A stretch of DNA of 64,000 nt from Epiperipatus broadwayi. Its lineage: Eukaryota > Animalia > Onychophora. The stretch is from positions 12,214,001 to 12,278,000 of the forward strand of contig JAQFVV010000008.1 in assembly GCA_028023455.1 (NCBI GenBank). The letters run 5' to 3'. Under the pieces are notes generated by a model. The model saw only the letters and a list, made by a program, of their open reading frames with translations, had not been told where the DNA came from and made no database searches. This document shows positions 38,201-52,569 of the stretch, in pieces (within the stretch, counting starts at the first letter, position 1; each line of letters starts with the position of its first letter). The position numbers were made by a program, and so were the translations under genes.

Positions 38201-39499
38201 AACACTGTTACAATAATCCAATGCAGTTGCTTATAGATTATTTTTACAATTTTAAATTTATTTAAATGCATAAATTAAATGAATAAATTAAATATCCATG
38301 ACCTATGATGATCTTAAGTGGACAAGTATATCTGATAAGTAAGAGATTATTACAAGAAATTTTATCCTTCATGTTAAATAATAATTATCGCTATTATCAC
38401 AAATATTTTGTGCCTTTAAAGTGATAGAACTTTACTAAATTATAAACAAATTTATGGCACAAGCTTTACACCTTTCTGCATAAAATATATGTCTAAAACA
38501 ATTCTATAATCTATAGCTTTTTCTAATCTATGCCTTACTTATCAATTCTGTAGTCTTTAATTGCTGAAGTTGTACTAAATCTTTAAATTGTTTTCAGAGG
38601 TTATACATATACATTCACACACTATGATATTGTTCCAACAATGAGTAACTTGAATGATCTTACCAATTCAGCGATGACTTGCTTCTGGATGATGATGATG
38701 ATGCATATTGCTTATTTAGACTAAAGAATATAAATATAATTTTGAATAAATCATTCTCGTTTTTATCTTATGTAGTGCTGGCAAAGCACAGCAAAACAGA
38801 TTTATAAATTAAAACTCTCAACCTACACTTAGGGAGTTAAAAGTGCTCCTGAAGAAATGATGATAAACTTCAAAATAACAAATCTATCAATGGCCTACAA
38901 AGAGGAAAAGCTATGTAAAGCAATAAATCTAGTGATGGTATGAACCCAAAACATGCATCTACTTTCTGAGGGCATTGTCTCTAGACATATATAACAAAAT
39001 GGGAAAAGGAACCATCACAAATACAGCCATAAAACATGACGAAGATATTACTCAAGGAAAATATCAATGATACCGGAGAGAGTAACCTTCTAGCTCCTTA
39101 TAAAATATCTAAATTATTACAAGGCAACAATGAGAGAGCCAAGCTCCATCTCCAAACCATTAAAGTGGAAAATAAATTCACATATACAAGAGATAATTTA
39201 TTATAAACTCTCAATAAACATAATACTAAATTGATGCCTAAACCTGATAAAGTAATAATATAGTTGTCAAATATGACTGAATAAATGTAGCCTTAAGCAA
39301 TTAAAAGAAACAAGAAATATACATCACTTTTCATAAATGTATAAGCATTCATTATAAAATATGTCTCATAATAAAGAACAAAGCAATACTCTTTAAAATA
39401 ACAATACTAAATCATTATATAGTATATAATATCATTAATACTAATAAGTGAACCCCTGTCAGGCATGCTGTACCATAATATAAAATATTTATAAAAAAA

Positions 39500-40550
39500 T
39501 ATATTAATATTTAAAATAGCATATAATAATAATAAGTTATAAATGTATGACTTAAACCGAAGCACAAAATTTTACCAAAACTTCTTTTTCTTTTTTTTTT
39601 TTTATAAAAATATATATATAATGTTAAAGTTCTTAATCTTGCACAGCTCCTGGTTTGTAGAAAATTTAACAAGTAAGTATGTTGCTCCAAACACTGATAA
39701 TATTAATTCAAAAAGGTGCATTTCCATTGACAATTTTTTTTCTTTGTTCTATAAAGACTTCATACATGCATACACAAAGAAAACATTAATAAATTAATGC
39801 CATTATTTCACGAATAATAAAACTTAATTGACAGTTTTTGCACTTCTTACAGCATTACTCTGGTGGTTTTTCATTTTATTTAAGGCTGATAATTATTTTA
39901 ATATAACAATCATATATTCTTATTTTCCGATTTAAGCAAGGTTTTCCAAGCACGATATTTAATACAGTGGTTTGTCCATTAACACTTCCAAATTAAGTAC
40001 ACTTTCTAGGTAAATTAACTAATAGTAGTTTTCAATAAAAGAGCAAGCCTCTTAATCATTCGCACTCAATAGAATACATAAATTCTATAATAGTAATTTT
40101 TCAAAAATTAGGAATATTTAGTTCATAAGTAAGGGCATAATTTACTTTATCAAGTGGTTTTTTTATAGTCAAGATGATAAATAATCAATTAATTATTAAC
40201 GATAATAAAATGTCATTAGTGTCCCCAACAAATGGTTTTCTTTTCCTGAATAATTAGTTCTTTTAAATAAATTTATCCAAGACAAAAGATAATAAAACAT
40301 TTTTTTAAAAGTTTCTGATGAATTATTATCTGAATGAGTTATAAAAGAATGTTAAAACTATTATGGTAAACTTCCAATAAATTTCCTTTAAAATAAAAAA
40401 TTTGAACAGTTAGTAATAAACAGTCATTGTTCTTAAATGAAATAGAATAACTTAAGCTAGATTCCTGTGATGTGTTAGTTTTGGAGAATAATGCTTTATT
40501 CATCAGTAAACTATTAACATTTTTTCTAAATTCTTTCTTCAATATTGCAA
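39500..40550 (-). mobile_element. Highly decayed CR1/L2-type RT remnant
   Basis: Minus-strand LDYKKPLDKVNY (cf. LDFKKAFDTVNH) near 40170 and VNGQTTVLNIVLG (cf. VNG..S....V..GVPQG) near 39970. Confidence 0.35.
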
Positions 40551-40691
40551 ATTTATATTTTCAATTAACTTGGTTTAGAAAACTCAACACTTGATAGTTT
40601 TTTTATGTGCTCATTTCACTTGGAAGAAAAAAAAACATTTTAACATTTTGTACTTTTAATTATCAAAGTTTTAAACTTTTATTAGTTCTTG

Positions 40692-40750
40692 CGAAGATGA
40701 TGGACAATGGAAAATAATCCTACGAAGATGATGGACAATGGAAAATAATC
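40692..40750. repeat. ~31-bp tandem duplication
   Basis: CGAAGATGATGGACAATGGAAAATAATC occurs twice in tandem. Confidence 0.9.
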
Positions 40751-42190
40751 TCTTTTCCAACATTTGTGTGTTCACATTTTATAGCTTTCTAACGTCAATC
40801 ATTTTGATTGGCAGAAAACATCCATTTCCTCTTAATTTTTCCACCTTTAAATTAACATTTAATTAGTATCTATGATCTGAATCTGAAAATAGTAACAATT
40901 TAAATATTTGCTAGACAATCAGATAATCATGTGGTAGTCTAGGAATGTTAAATAATTACAATACACATTGATTATAACATTATTAAAATAAAATAAATAT
41001 TACTTAATTTTATTAACTTTTTTTAAAAACTTAAATTATATTATTGAATAAATTTAGAGTTTCACTAATATTGTATTTAATTTTTTAATTAAACAAAAAT
41101 ATTATATTCTAAAGAAATATTCCCATTAATAAAAATAAAAATAAAAATACTGATGCAGGCATGCACATTCACACATTTAGAAATTATCCCATATCTTTTA
41201 AACTAACTAATTTAATTCTTTCTTTTAAATAGCAATGATTACCTATTTTCAAATCAATTAATTTAGTTTAATCTCTAAACTCAATTTTAATAATACTATT
41301 TCAAGAAATGGATTGATTATTATTAAGAACAAATTTAAATAAAATACTTTATTTTAATTATGACAACTACACATTAACTTCTAACATTAAATTAAATTTA
41401 ACTAGTATTATGGTGTATTAGAATAATCTGAACTTCTATAATATTATTAGCTACAATTTGGGATTTAAAATTAATAAAACCTATGTTAATCAAAAGCTTC
41501 AAGTACTTTAGCAAAATAATAAAGTAAAATACAATGATATTTATTCATAACAGAAATATTTTAAATTTTGCCTATGCTTATTTAATCTTAATAAATATGA
41601 TTTACAAAAATAGTTTAACTTGAATGAAAATTTCCTCTTATAAAATTTTTTTCATATTAAATATCCACAATAAATGAAATACCAGATTTCTTGGCAAAGC
41701 CAAAGGTTACAATATATATATATATAGGATCATCTCTTATATAATGCCACTGAAAGAATTGATTACATGTAATATAATTAATAAATGTCATAATAAAAGT
41801 CGGTCACTTCCTATTGACAAGCTTCTGCAAATCCTTAAATACATAATGCAACTGCTTCTATTCTTTAAATATTAGCAAATTTATTCTACAAGATATAAAT
41901 TTACATTACATTAAATGAACAATCTTCTTTCAGCTTCTCTTCACACCATTCTTTATCACATGATCTCCACTAAGCTCACTTCTTTTTGTGATTTATATTC
42001 TATTTGATTTATCAAACTTTCAAAATAAACTATCAGAAATTCATAGCTTTTTTTTGTAATTCAAACAATCACATAGCATATTTGGATGACTTAGTCATCT
42101 TAACTAGTCAAAAAAATATATCGACTGGTTGTGTTTATTCTACATTACTCATATAAATACAAACCTGCCCTAGATTTCTAATATACATAA

Positions 42191-44314
42191 TGATGGCTAC
42201 TGTCTAGCAGGGTACAGCTATCAGTTTTAATGTGATCTGTGGAAGAAGGGACTGTATGTGCCCTTATAGATTTCTCTACTCATTTCCAGCTTTACTAGAC
42301 AACCTCTCATGAGTAAGTATGATGACTCTTCAGGTTATATTTACAGCTTGCCTGGAGTAGGCTTTGTTTCTGGTAGCTTCCAGTCCTGAAACGTGGACTT
42401 ACCTCTCTGTGTTAACTGTTAGTTTAAATAGCTATAATCTGGAGAAACTATCACTGCTGTTCAAGTTAGAGGTTCTTTTGACCATATGTGGAGAACTAGG
42501 CTATTGTTATTCCAGTTTAACAGTTGTTCTCTGGAGAATGCATACTGTCTTTCTGGTTTGACTGTTCTCTGGAAAACGCATACCGTCTTTCAAGTGTGAC
42601 AATCATTCTCTCTCTTTTATCTTCAAAAAGACTGATTATTTATTGCCAGATTCTCAACCTTAACAGAAACATTCAGTAAGCATCATTGCCTATTGGCCTG
42701 TTCTTGCCATAGGTTGTACATTATCTTTACATGTATGCATTGATTAGTGGCATCACGGTAAGAAAGGAATCTGGACTAATTCATTATTTGAAGGTAAGGT
42801 GAGGTATGACATTCCCTCCCCTTGGTTAAAATTAGCCCTGGAAGGTGTGTTGGAAGACATTTCCTTTGCTTTGTTCCTTCTTCTGGCTTGGTGATGTTCT
42901 CAGTAGATTATCATTTGAAGTTTTTTGGAGGTTCATTACAATTGGCTGATGATTTATTACTGTTTGATTGCAACAGTTTGAAGCCCTTTAAGTCCAATCA
43001 CCTCTTCTGGAACCCATTTGGTAGTGTCCTTGAACAAACGGCATAGGATATGAGTACTAATCTGCTTTTTTGTACTCATCGTTTTGTGTATTATTTTAGA
43101 ATTAAAACCTGGATTATTAATTATTTCTGGGTAAACTCTTAATTTATTTCTAGTTGTCAGCTGGTTCACTTTTGTCACTGCAAATCCTAAGTAACTGAAT
43201 CAGTCATGGACTAATAAATTGCTATATTCACCTGATACTACAACCTGCAGTAGATATATAGTCTTATTAGGCATCATAACTTTGACTCTTGTCTGTACCA
43301 AGAGTGTTTTGTAACCAGCTATTGATTTACTGCTAGAATGCAGCCGAAATTTATTACTCTTACTAATGGTAGACCAGGTCTTGTTTGACACTATGGTCAT
43401 TGCAGATCCTGCGTCGTTTTATTGCAAGCCATCATATCATTAATAATAACTCTGTGTTTGAAAACAGTCACTGTTTCTCATTGTTGTTTATACAGGCAAT
43501 TTGTTGTTGTTGTTTTTTTACTTTAAATTGCCTTTTTTTGCTTTTTGGAAAGGATTCATCCATCCTGTCAACTGTGTCAAACTGTTGTGTTTAGTCTGAT
43601 TATAAATACAAATGAGTATACGTATTTTTTAATAATATTTATTAATAATATGTAGATACAAACATACACTTGATTTCTAATATATTTACAGATTTAAGTA
43701 ATGGTAGCTATACTCACCTGCTACTATCTAGCAGAGTACAGCCATCTGTTCTAATGTGAACTGTGGAAGAAGGTACTGTATGTGCCCTTATAAATTTTTC
43801 TATCCACTTCCAGCTGTACTTGACAACCTTCCTCTTGAGTAGGTACAATGAATCTTCTGGCTGTATTTATAGCTGCCTTGAGTCAGCTTTGGTTCTGGCA
43901 GCTTCTGGTCCCAACATTGACTTGCCTCACTGCATTAAGCATTAATTTAAATAGCCATAGTCTGGAGAACTATCATTGCTGTTCAGGTTAGCAGGAGTTT
44001 CTTTCGACTGTGTATGGATAACTAGACTATTGTTATTCAGGTTTAATGGTTCTCTGGAAAACGCATACCGTCTTTCAGATTTTACAGCCATTCTCCCTTA
44101 CCTTCAAAAAGACTGACTATTTATTGCCAGATCGCCAACTTTAATGGAAACATTCGACTTCAGTGAGCACCATTGCCTATTGCCCTGTTTTTGTTATTGG
44201 CTGTGCATTATCTTTATATATACACATTAGTTAGCTGCAATGAATGCTCAATCCAATCGCGATAAGAAAGGAATCTGGACTAGTCCATTATTTGAAAAGA
44301 TGTGAGATATGACA
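42191..44314 (-). mobile_element. Internally deleted Gypsy-like LTR retrotransposon (two ~620-bp LTRs, ~0.9-kb interior)
   Basis: Diverged direct repeats ~42191-42811 and ~43702-44314. On the minus strand both start TGTCATA, and PPT AAGGGGAGGGAA precedes the 3' LTR. Interior has protease-like DAGSAMTIVS...VVSGEYSNLL and integrase-tail-like TTKWVPEEVIG. Confidence 0.8.
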
Positions 44315-44369
44315 ACTAATTTGACATTCTAAACAATTGTAAAGAAAAATACTATAAAATTCAATAATA

Positions 44370-44950
44370 ATTTTTTTTTTTTTTCTGGAACCTTCTCTCA
44401 GTAAAGTAAACTATTTTCACTGACTCACTACATAAATTCTTAATTTTCTCCTTTTGTTTTTCTACAAATGCTATGAAATCTGAAATCCAAAGTATAACTT
44501 CTTATCTCTATAGAAAATACAATTAATTCATAATCTAAAGCATATTTATCTATACTTGCAAAACTATCTCCCATCAATACTTTTATCTTCTCAAAAACCT
44601 CATATTATATTCCACCATCAAGCACACTATATTCTTCATCAAAATAATAAATTCACTATGCAATAAATTAATCTCGGACAAGAAAACTATATCAAATCAA
44701 TGCAAAAACATGCTAAACACACCGGGCTCTCATTACACTGTACCTGAATATATTGTCTTCAGGGAGCAATAAATGAGATTACCAGGTTTATAAACTTGTA
44801 CCCTGAAGTACTAAACACACCACCACAAGACTAATCACATCCATAGCTAAATACACTATATCAGATCAAAAATTATTTTCAACAAAAATTAAATACTGGG
44901 ACACATGTAATAGTACATAAAGAAGAACTAATTAATCCTTCACAATCTAG
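44370..44950 (-). mobile_element. Possible LINE fragment with poly(A) end
   Basis: Minus-strand VLQGTSL (cf. VPQGSVL), purine skew like the 23.8-27.5 kb LINE, T14 run at ~44370. Confidence 0.3.
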
Positions 44951-46000
44951 ACTTAAATTTACTAATAAACTGATAATTCAAAGATTTAAATTTTGATATT
45001 TAGAACTGAAATATTTGGCTTTTTTAATTAAAATCAATCTTGACTTTCTAACCAAAAAAAAAAAAATGTTTTTTGCAACCATAGACTTGATATGATTGTT
45101 ATGTCACAAGGAACAAGAAATTATGGAGGCACTTGTTTGGTAATTGTTCAGCATTACAAACATACCATAACATAATAGTTTCAATTACTAGATTTCAAAT
45201 CCTTTCTCTCACTTATTTAATAGTTAGTCTAAGTAGAGAACCATTCCCAAACATACAAATAATTACATTTTTTTTTTTTTACCCTATCATTTCTAAGGTG
45301 TTATTTTTTTATTCCAACATCTTGGAAGTCACTTTTCTATAACAAACTAGCTAAAATAAAAAACAGAGAATAAGCCCTCACTTCAACTGACATTTTTTAA
45401 ACTACATGGAATTTAGTCAAGTTTCCAATATAACTGTAATTGTTAAACCTTAAAAAAAACCTCTTTGTATTATATATTCCTCATGTAAAATGTTCTTTCT
45501 GTAAACTCTTACAGATATTCAACACTTTAGTTGGATTTTATCTTATTTTTAGAACATGAAAATATGTAATGTTCTAATCTTTATATAACACTTTTAAATA
45601 TGTATCGTGATATAATATAACTTTCTATTTGCAGTGAAGTTTATGCTTTAAAAAAATGTCTCTTTGTTATAATAAATAAAAACATATAAATCTTTAAAAA
45701 GAAATCATCTGTAAATAATCCAAAAATTTATTATGATTTAGTAAAGATTTTATTTTTAATATAATGTGTACATTCTGTATAGTCTTTTTTTGTAGATTTT
45801 CTTTAAGTTTATTAAGTAATAATATTTAAGTTATCAAAATAAAATTTCTTTAATATTTGCTGTGTTGCATGAGTTATAGAATATATTGAAGCTTAGATGT
45901 TTACTTTCAATAAAAGGAGAATCTGTATTCATGTAAAAAGAAGCTAAGATATTTTTTTATTTTTCAAATCATAATAGTTTGATCTCTCTTTTTTTTAAAG

Positions 46001-46542
46001 AAATTTCTGAATTTACTCCCGATGTATGTGCAAGTGCTGCATGGAAAAGTATCCAGAAGTATGCTACTACAAAATTTCCAAAAGGCCAAGCTTTGAAAGT
46101 TGTTCGTTTTGTTCTTGATAACAATGATCATGTATCATATTTTAAAACAATTTTTAATAAATTATTACAAAAGCGTGACAGTCCACCATCATTTGAAAAT
46201 AAATCCAAGAAGCAGTCAAATATAATTTCTAAAAGTCTTCCAGAGAAAGCATCAAAAGCTGATAGGAAGATAACACCATTAAATAAATGCCCTCTTTGTG
46301 CTTTTGATATGTCTACCAAAAATGTTACTTTGGACTGTTCTCACAAATTTTGTGAAAAATGTATAACTGACCACTTTCGTTATAGTAAGACCTGTCCAGT
46401 TTGTCACAGATTCTATGGAATCCAGTTGGGTAATCAGCCTTTTGGTAGAATGAATAATTATATTATTGACTCACCTTTATCAGGATATGAAGAGTTTGGA
46501 ACAATTGTCATACAATATGAATTTGGCAATGGGATTCAAAAT
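46001..46542 (+). CDS. DTX3L-like: Deltex/DTX3L-like gene exon: macrodomain C-terminus, linker, C3HC4 RING, DTC N-terminus
   Basis: Acceptor CTCTCTTTTTTTTTAAAG| at 46000 (phase 1, matches previous exon), donor AAT|GTAAGT at 46542/46543. CPLC-x12-CSHKFCEKC-x10-CPVC, then YGIQLGNQPFGRM...GYEEFGTIVIQYEFGNGIQ. Confidence 0.9.
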
Positions 46543-46842
46543 GTAAGTTTTTTTTTTAATATGATTTTTTAATTAATATTATTTAACAAGATATATATTG
46601 CATATTTAATTCTAATGTCTTATAAAAATAGTTAAAACTATTATTTCTTGAACAAAAAAAAAACATTAAAGGAATAATAATTTATTAATATAGTGTGATA
46701 CAAAAAGTAGTTTGTTATAAAGTGAAAAGAAATCCTTTGATTGTTCTTTGAGATCTTAAAAGTACTGAGCTAGTAAAATTCCTAATGTCCACTTCAAATA
46801 TTCTCATCAATACCACTATCTTTACAATATGATTATCAAAAC

Positions 46843-46995
46843 AGGCAAAACTCTCTATATAGTACTGCCATTCTGTGCAAGCCCGAGTAATCAATGGATG
46901 CCAGAAGACTTATGCATAAAATCCCCATCTAATGCCTACTCATCCAATATCCCTAGACTAGTTTTTGGTTTATGGCCTTCATCAGTGAGATCTGT
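46843..46995 (-). mobile_element. Hammerhead-headed element, copy C (GAAA mutated to AAAA)
   Basis: Reverse complement reads TCA-CTGATGA-AGGCCATAAACC-AAAA-ACTAGT-C-TAGGGATATTGGATGAGTAGGCATTAGAT. Confidence 0.8.
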
Positions 46996-47029
46996 TTTAA
47001 TAACAGTTATGAGCAAGCTTAAGAAGTGG

Positions 47030-50000
47030 TGATCATGTGATGCAATATGATTATTCATATGATAAACGAACATGGATGGACTGCTCACCAAGATAAATAA
47101 GATAATATGGTAAGTTTACCATAGTTATTCTTTACAGATACCTAACAATTTTTATTTGATATACTATTAGGTTTACTTGAAGGCAGGATAAATAGATATG
47201 TGTATGTGAATGAATGCTAGTATTCTTTTATATTTATAATTATAATGGACAAAAAAAAAAAGGCTTTTATTTTCTAAAGGCTATAAATTTGTCAGCTTAA
47301 GTAGTGGTTAGCAATTGAAGGCAAAGATACTAACATTCTAATCATGATCTTTTATTTAGCAAATTTTATTTGAAAATAAAAATATTTTTAATATTTTATT
47401 TTCAAGTGAAGGAAGTTTTCACTAATTGAAAAAAGAATTGTCAAATATTAAACAGAATCTTGTCAAATTTTGTGAAGTTTCGGGGGGGGGGAGGTAATTG
47501 ATTGACTTGAAAAATGGTTACATACTTTACTAAGTGGGATTTATTATAAATAAAAAATTAAAATATAATTTTACAAAGATTGATGAGAAAAGCAGAATTG
47601 ATTATTCATCTTAATGGAAGATACTGAATGCAAATAATTAAATTTAGTCGTCAGCAAATTCTCAATGTGATGAAGAAATATTAAACTTTTATTTAAATTT
47701 TTAGAAAACTTAATTAGAATAAACAATTACAAAATTCTCATGAAAGATTTTTAATTTAAAATTGGAAAACAATTTATAAAAATTAAAGTGCTGTGAATGA
47801 ATTAGATTATAGAAGAAAAAATAAAGAGAAAATAATTCAGGAATTCAAAGAGGGGAGGAAATCATATATTATGAATTCCTTTTTCTGAGAAAATACCAAA
47901 TGGTAATGGGCATGGAAGCATCTAAGTGATGGTATAGCAGATTGGATAACAGAGAATATTTTTATTCAAAACTTACATACTTAATACATTCGATTTTGGA
48001 GATAATCACTAATTACTGAGATGTATGATACATGTTAATGTTAAACTAGAAAGTAAAAGCAATTAAGGAAGATATAACATTTAATATCTCCAACCTTCAG
48101 GAACACTTCAATGAATTAAAATTTTCAAAATTTTAAAAATATTAAAAGGCTGAAAATTGCTTAGACTTGGGTCAGATTATTTGGATTTATGTCCAAACAA
48201 GTTTTCATTGTGATGAAGAAGTAGAGGTTTTTTTTATATAATTGCACATAATGCTTTTGATCAGACCAAACATCTTAAAATTATTATGGGAGACTAATAT
48301 TAAAACTAATAAACAATTGAAAGATGAATGTACTATGGCTAAATTTGGTTATGGTGTTAGAAATGAGAGAGGATACAAACTTATGGAGTTTGCAGAAAAA
48401 TAAAACCTATATATTATGAATTCTTTTTTTGAGAAAAATGCTAAATGGACATGGAAGCATCTAAATGAAAGTACAGTAAAATTGGATTATATTTTGATTA
48501 ACAGAAAACATGTATTTCAAGATAGTAATGTTCTTAATAGATTTGAAACAGGTAGTGATTGTCAATTAGTTAGATGTAAAATATATGTTAATATAAAACA
48601 AAATATTAAGAAAAATGGTATTAACAGTTGATAATATTCAGAAACATTACAGTTAATTTAAACAAGAACTTTCAAATCATTTAAAAATATTAACTGATTT
48701 TAAAGATTGTTCAGACTTGAATGAAATGAATAAGGAAAACCAAAAAGTAACAGTTGATCAGTGAATTTTTTACTGAGACAATAATGTATTAAGAAAGAAA
48801 GAATATGAAAATATTTAAAAGTGATTCATTAAGAAGAATTGAATATCTAGAATTTTGTAAAATGATATGAAAAAGAATTAATAATGATACTATATAAGAA
48901 AATGTAATTATGAATTAACAATGAAAGCTATAGAAGAGAATATGTCTCAAAAGTTTAAAACAACATCTTGATATTGGAAGGAAAGTTATTTCTACAATAT
49001 GAAGAAAAAATGGAATTATTATTAAAAAAATAGATATATATCATGAAATGTGTGAAAAAAATATGTAGTAAGGAATAAGAAAATAAAGTATCTCATATAC
49101 TTATTACAATTTTTGAATTGCCTAGCATTTTAAATAAAGAAGTGAGACATGCAATGATATTTATGAAGAAGGAAAAGCTCCAGAAAATGAAAGAATTATA
49201 ATTAATATTTTTAAAAAAGCAGTTAAATAAATAAAAAATTGTTTGGCAAAGTTAGTGCTAACTGTCTAAATAATAAAGATGTATCCGATAATTGGAATAA
49301 AGTAGTATTTATATTGATATTTAAAAAAGGGGATAAAGAAGATATTAGAAATTACAGATCTATAAGTTATCTACAAAATCTTTAATAAAATATAATTTCT
49401 AAAGTGAGTTTTAACTAACCAAAAAAAAAAACATGCTGGATTTAAAAATGGTTTTAGCACAGTGGATTAAATCCAGATATTGAGAGAACTTACAATAAGA
49501 CTAATGGATATGAGTTGTTATGATTTTTATTTGTCCACATTATGAAAAATGTATTTGTTCTACAATCATTTCTACAGCAATTAAAGCATTGGATCAAAAT
49601 ATAGATCCAGGATATTGTCATATTCTGAAGAATGTTCATCAAAATACCACAGCAATAATTAGGTTATGTTATGATACTATGAGGACTAACATTGAGGAGT
49701 ACAATAGGGATTTATATATCTCCAAAACTTTTTACAGCAATTTTACAAGAAGTGTTTTGTAGATTAAAATAGGAAGCTAAGAAAGTAAAAGTAAATGAAG
49801 ATTATTTAAGACATTAGATTTTGGAGATGATGTGGTTGTTTCTACAAGTAGTACTTCAGAGCTTCAGGAAATATTGCAAGAGTATCAGTGAAAGTAAAAA
49901 AAATAGGACTTAAGATAAATGCTAAAAAAGACTAAAATAGTGTTCAGTGGATTTTCGTAGAAGTAAAAGATTTAATAATCATGAATTAGCAATAATTAAT

Positions 50001-50530
50001 AACTTCTAATAGAAAGAAACATAATTGATTAATCTTAGAATTAAACTTGGATTAAGTGCTTTTGGCAGGTAAACTTTATATTAAAAGGAAAAGATATATG
50101 TAGTTATATATTCGAAAAGGAAGGTTTTTAATAGATATGTTTTATCAGTTCTTAATTATGAATTTGAGACTTGGAAACTTAATAGAAGAGCAATCCAGAG
50201 ATTTCAGATCATTCAACAAAGTAAGGAAAGATATATGTTACAAATAACAAGAAGAAATCAGAAATGAAATACAGAGGTGAGAGAAGAAATGGGTATCACT
50301 AACATAATTAAAAATAATTAAGAAATTTAAATATGGCTGAGCTGGACATATTTCTAGAAAATATTTTTAAAAGATCTAGAAAGATATCACATGTGAGATG
50401 GGTATATAAAATAAGGATGTTACCAAATGTGTTGTGGAGAAAAGAGACTAGAGATAAAAAAAAAAAAAACTGGATTAAACTTGAATCCTGCAGTGAATTG
50501 ATAATGATTAAAAATAATGAAGTATATTAG
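47030..50530 (+). mobile_element. Full-length but heavily decayed RTE retrotransposon (APE + RT)
   Basis: FGYGVRNERGYKL (~48350), KLDYILINRK (48480), GDKEDIRNYRSIS (~49335), RHLDFGDDVVV (~49815), VLSVLNYEFETW (~50145), WLSWTY (~50335, cf. KWSWAGH). Confidence 0.85.
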
Positions 50531-52569
50531 TGAACTCACTTTTATGCCAAATGTATACACCTTTCACCTTTAGCCAGAAATGTACATAGTAATATAATAT
50601 CTTATGATTTTCTAAGCTTGACTAATAAATTTATGGATGCTAGATGGTCATACTATTTTATCCATTTCAGATAATCATCCTGTAGTTATTTAGTATTGGT
50701 TAATAATGGAATATAGCTATTAACAAATCTCAGCTATCTTCCCATTAAAAATATGTTGTCCAGGACATTTACTGACTAATTAAATAATTGTCTTAACAAA
50801 TTCAAGATTGTTTATTTTTTTTAATTTCTGTTGCTACACATTTTGATTCTTGGATATACAGAATGTAATACCTCCCCACCCCCCTTTTTTTTTTGGTAAA
50901 TATTTATTTATAAATTGTGTAAATAATATAGAATATTATAATTAGCACATATGTTTTTAGGACCCACAAATCAGATGAATTTTTAAAATATGTACAAGTC
51001 TCAAGCAAATTTACAATTTTTCTTTCTACTAATCATTTGTTTGTCAACCTAGTTAACCATTCTTATTGGTTAGTAAATAGGCATTTGGCTATTATTAGTT
51101 GGTGAATATAAATCTCTGCTAATCTGGATTGGTCAAATGAATGTTGATGCACTAATTGTAAAAATAAAAAATACAATTGTTATATGATTTGCTTTTTGAA
51201 TAAGTATTTTATTTTAAACAGAAATAATAGAATATTAAGAATAATTAATGGTCTTTACATAGATAATTTTTATAAATACTAATTGGAAAAAATAGAATTT
51301 GTTGAAACTAAATGTGAAGTCAGGATTAAATGTGGATGTCTAAAGACACCTTTATCAATGATTTTGTTTCTAATAGATTTAATTGTTGGTGCTCATTCCC
51401 ATTGTAGAAATTTGAAGCAAATGGTGAATTTTTTTTTTGAGAAGAATGTGGCTGTATTTTTTTTTAGCAAATACTTTCAAAAATATGGAGATATTACTAG
51501 TGAAGTGTTATAGAGTTATGAAGAAATCAGAAAATTAAACTCATTAAAGAAAAATCTAAAATATTAAAATTTAATGGAAAAGGGTAAAGCAGAAGGATTG
51601 AAACTGAGAGATATTGTCTTAAAATGGAGATATATAGTTATTTTGTTACTTTGTCAAATGTAAAAAGGAATTATATAGATATTTATCAATTAGTTAAAAT
51701 AGTACAAAATTGATTAAAAATCTGGTATATTTCTTATATAACAAATATGAATTACTTAAAAATAATTTGGAAATAATTATGATATCTATTTTAATCACTC
51801 CCATGCAAAAGCTGATGAGAATATTACCATTAGATCTGTTACCTCAGTTATCTTTCCACCACAAGCAGCATATAATAATAATAAACTGGCCAAGACATAT
51901 TTATACACTGATTGAACAGTTATCTTGACCCAGTTATCTCTTAATTTTTTTTTTATTATCACTAAGTGACTTTTTTAATACTTCAGTATACAAGATTTTT
52001 TTTAAAAAAAAAATCTATCATTTGTTTGCCTCATTTGATAAAATTCCTCTTTTCATAACTACTCTTTTGGAAGGATAATATTGAATTCTATAAATAGCAC
52101 TTCTGCTTTCAATGCCCACAATTCAGATTTCAAGTCAGAACCAGGTGAAACTTTTACCACTCATATGCAAACTTAAATTTTTTTTACCTTGTATAATGAA
52201 ATGAATTTTCATTCAGTGGATATGTACACAGTATATCATTTTTCTGTATTCATCTCCTTTTATTAGTTACAAATTCAGAGTCCTGGAAATATATATCCAT
52301 TATTTTTCAAACTATCATTTTTATTTTATTAAAAATAATATTAAAAATCATTATTTCTCTTTTAATTTGCATATTTCTGTATTACAGAAATGGTGTCTTT
52401 TATTATTTTTACTTTCAAAATAAGTTAACTTCAATATCCATCATTTTACTGCAGTGTTCAAGGTCAAGCAAGGAATATATACATGTGTGCAACAGTAAAT
52501 GTATAATAATTGTGTAGAATAAAAATAATAACTTTGTATAATGATTGTGTGAAATAATTATATATATAT

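Noticed and set aside
35750-39300. Several coding-looking decayed blocks (~35750-36350, 36950-37200, 38750-39300)
   Set aside because: No recognisable motifs or phase-compatible splice sites; probably old TE debris.
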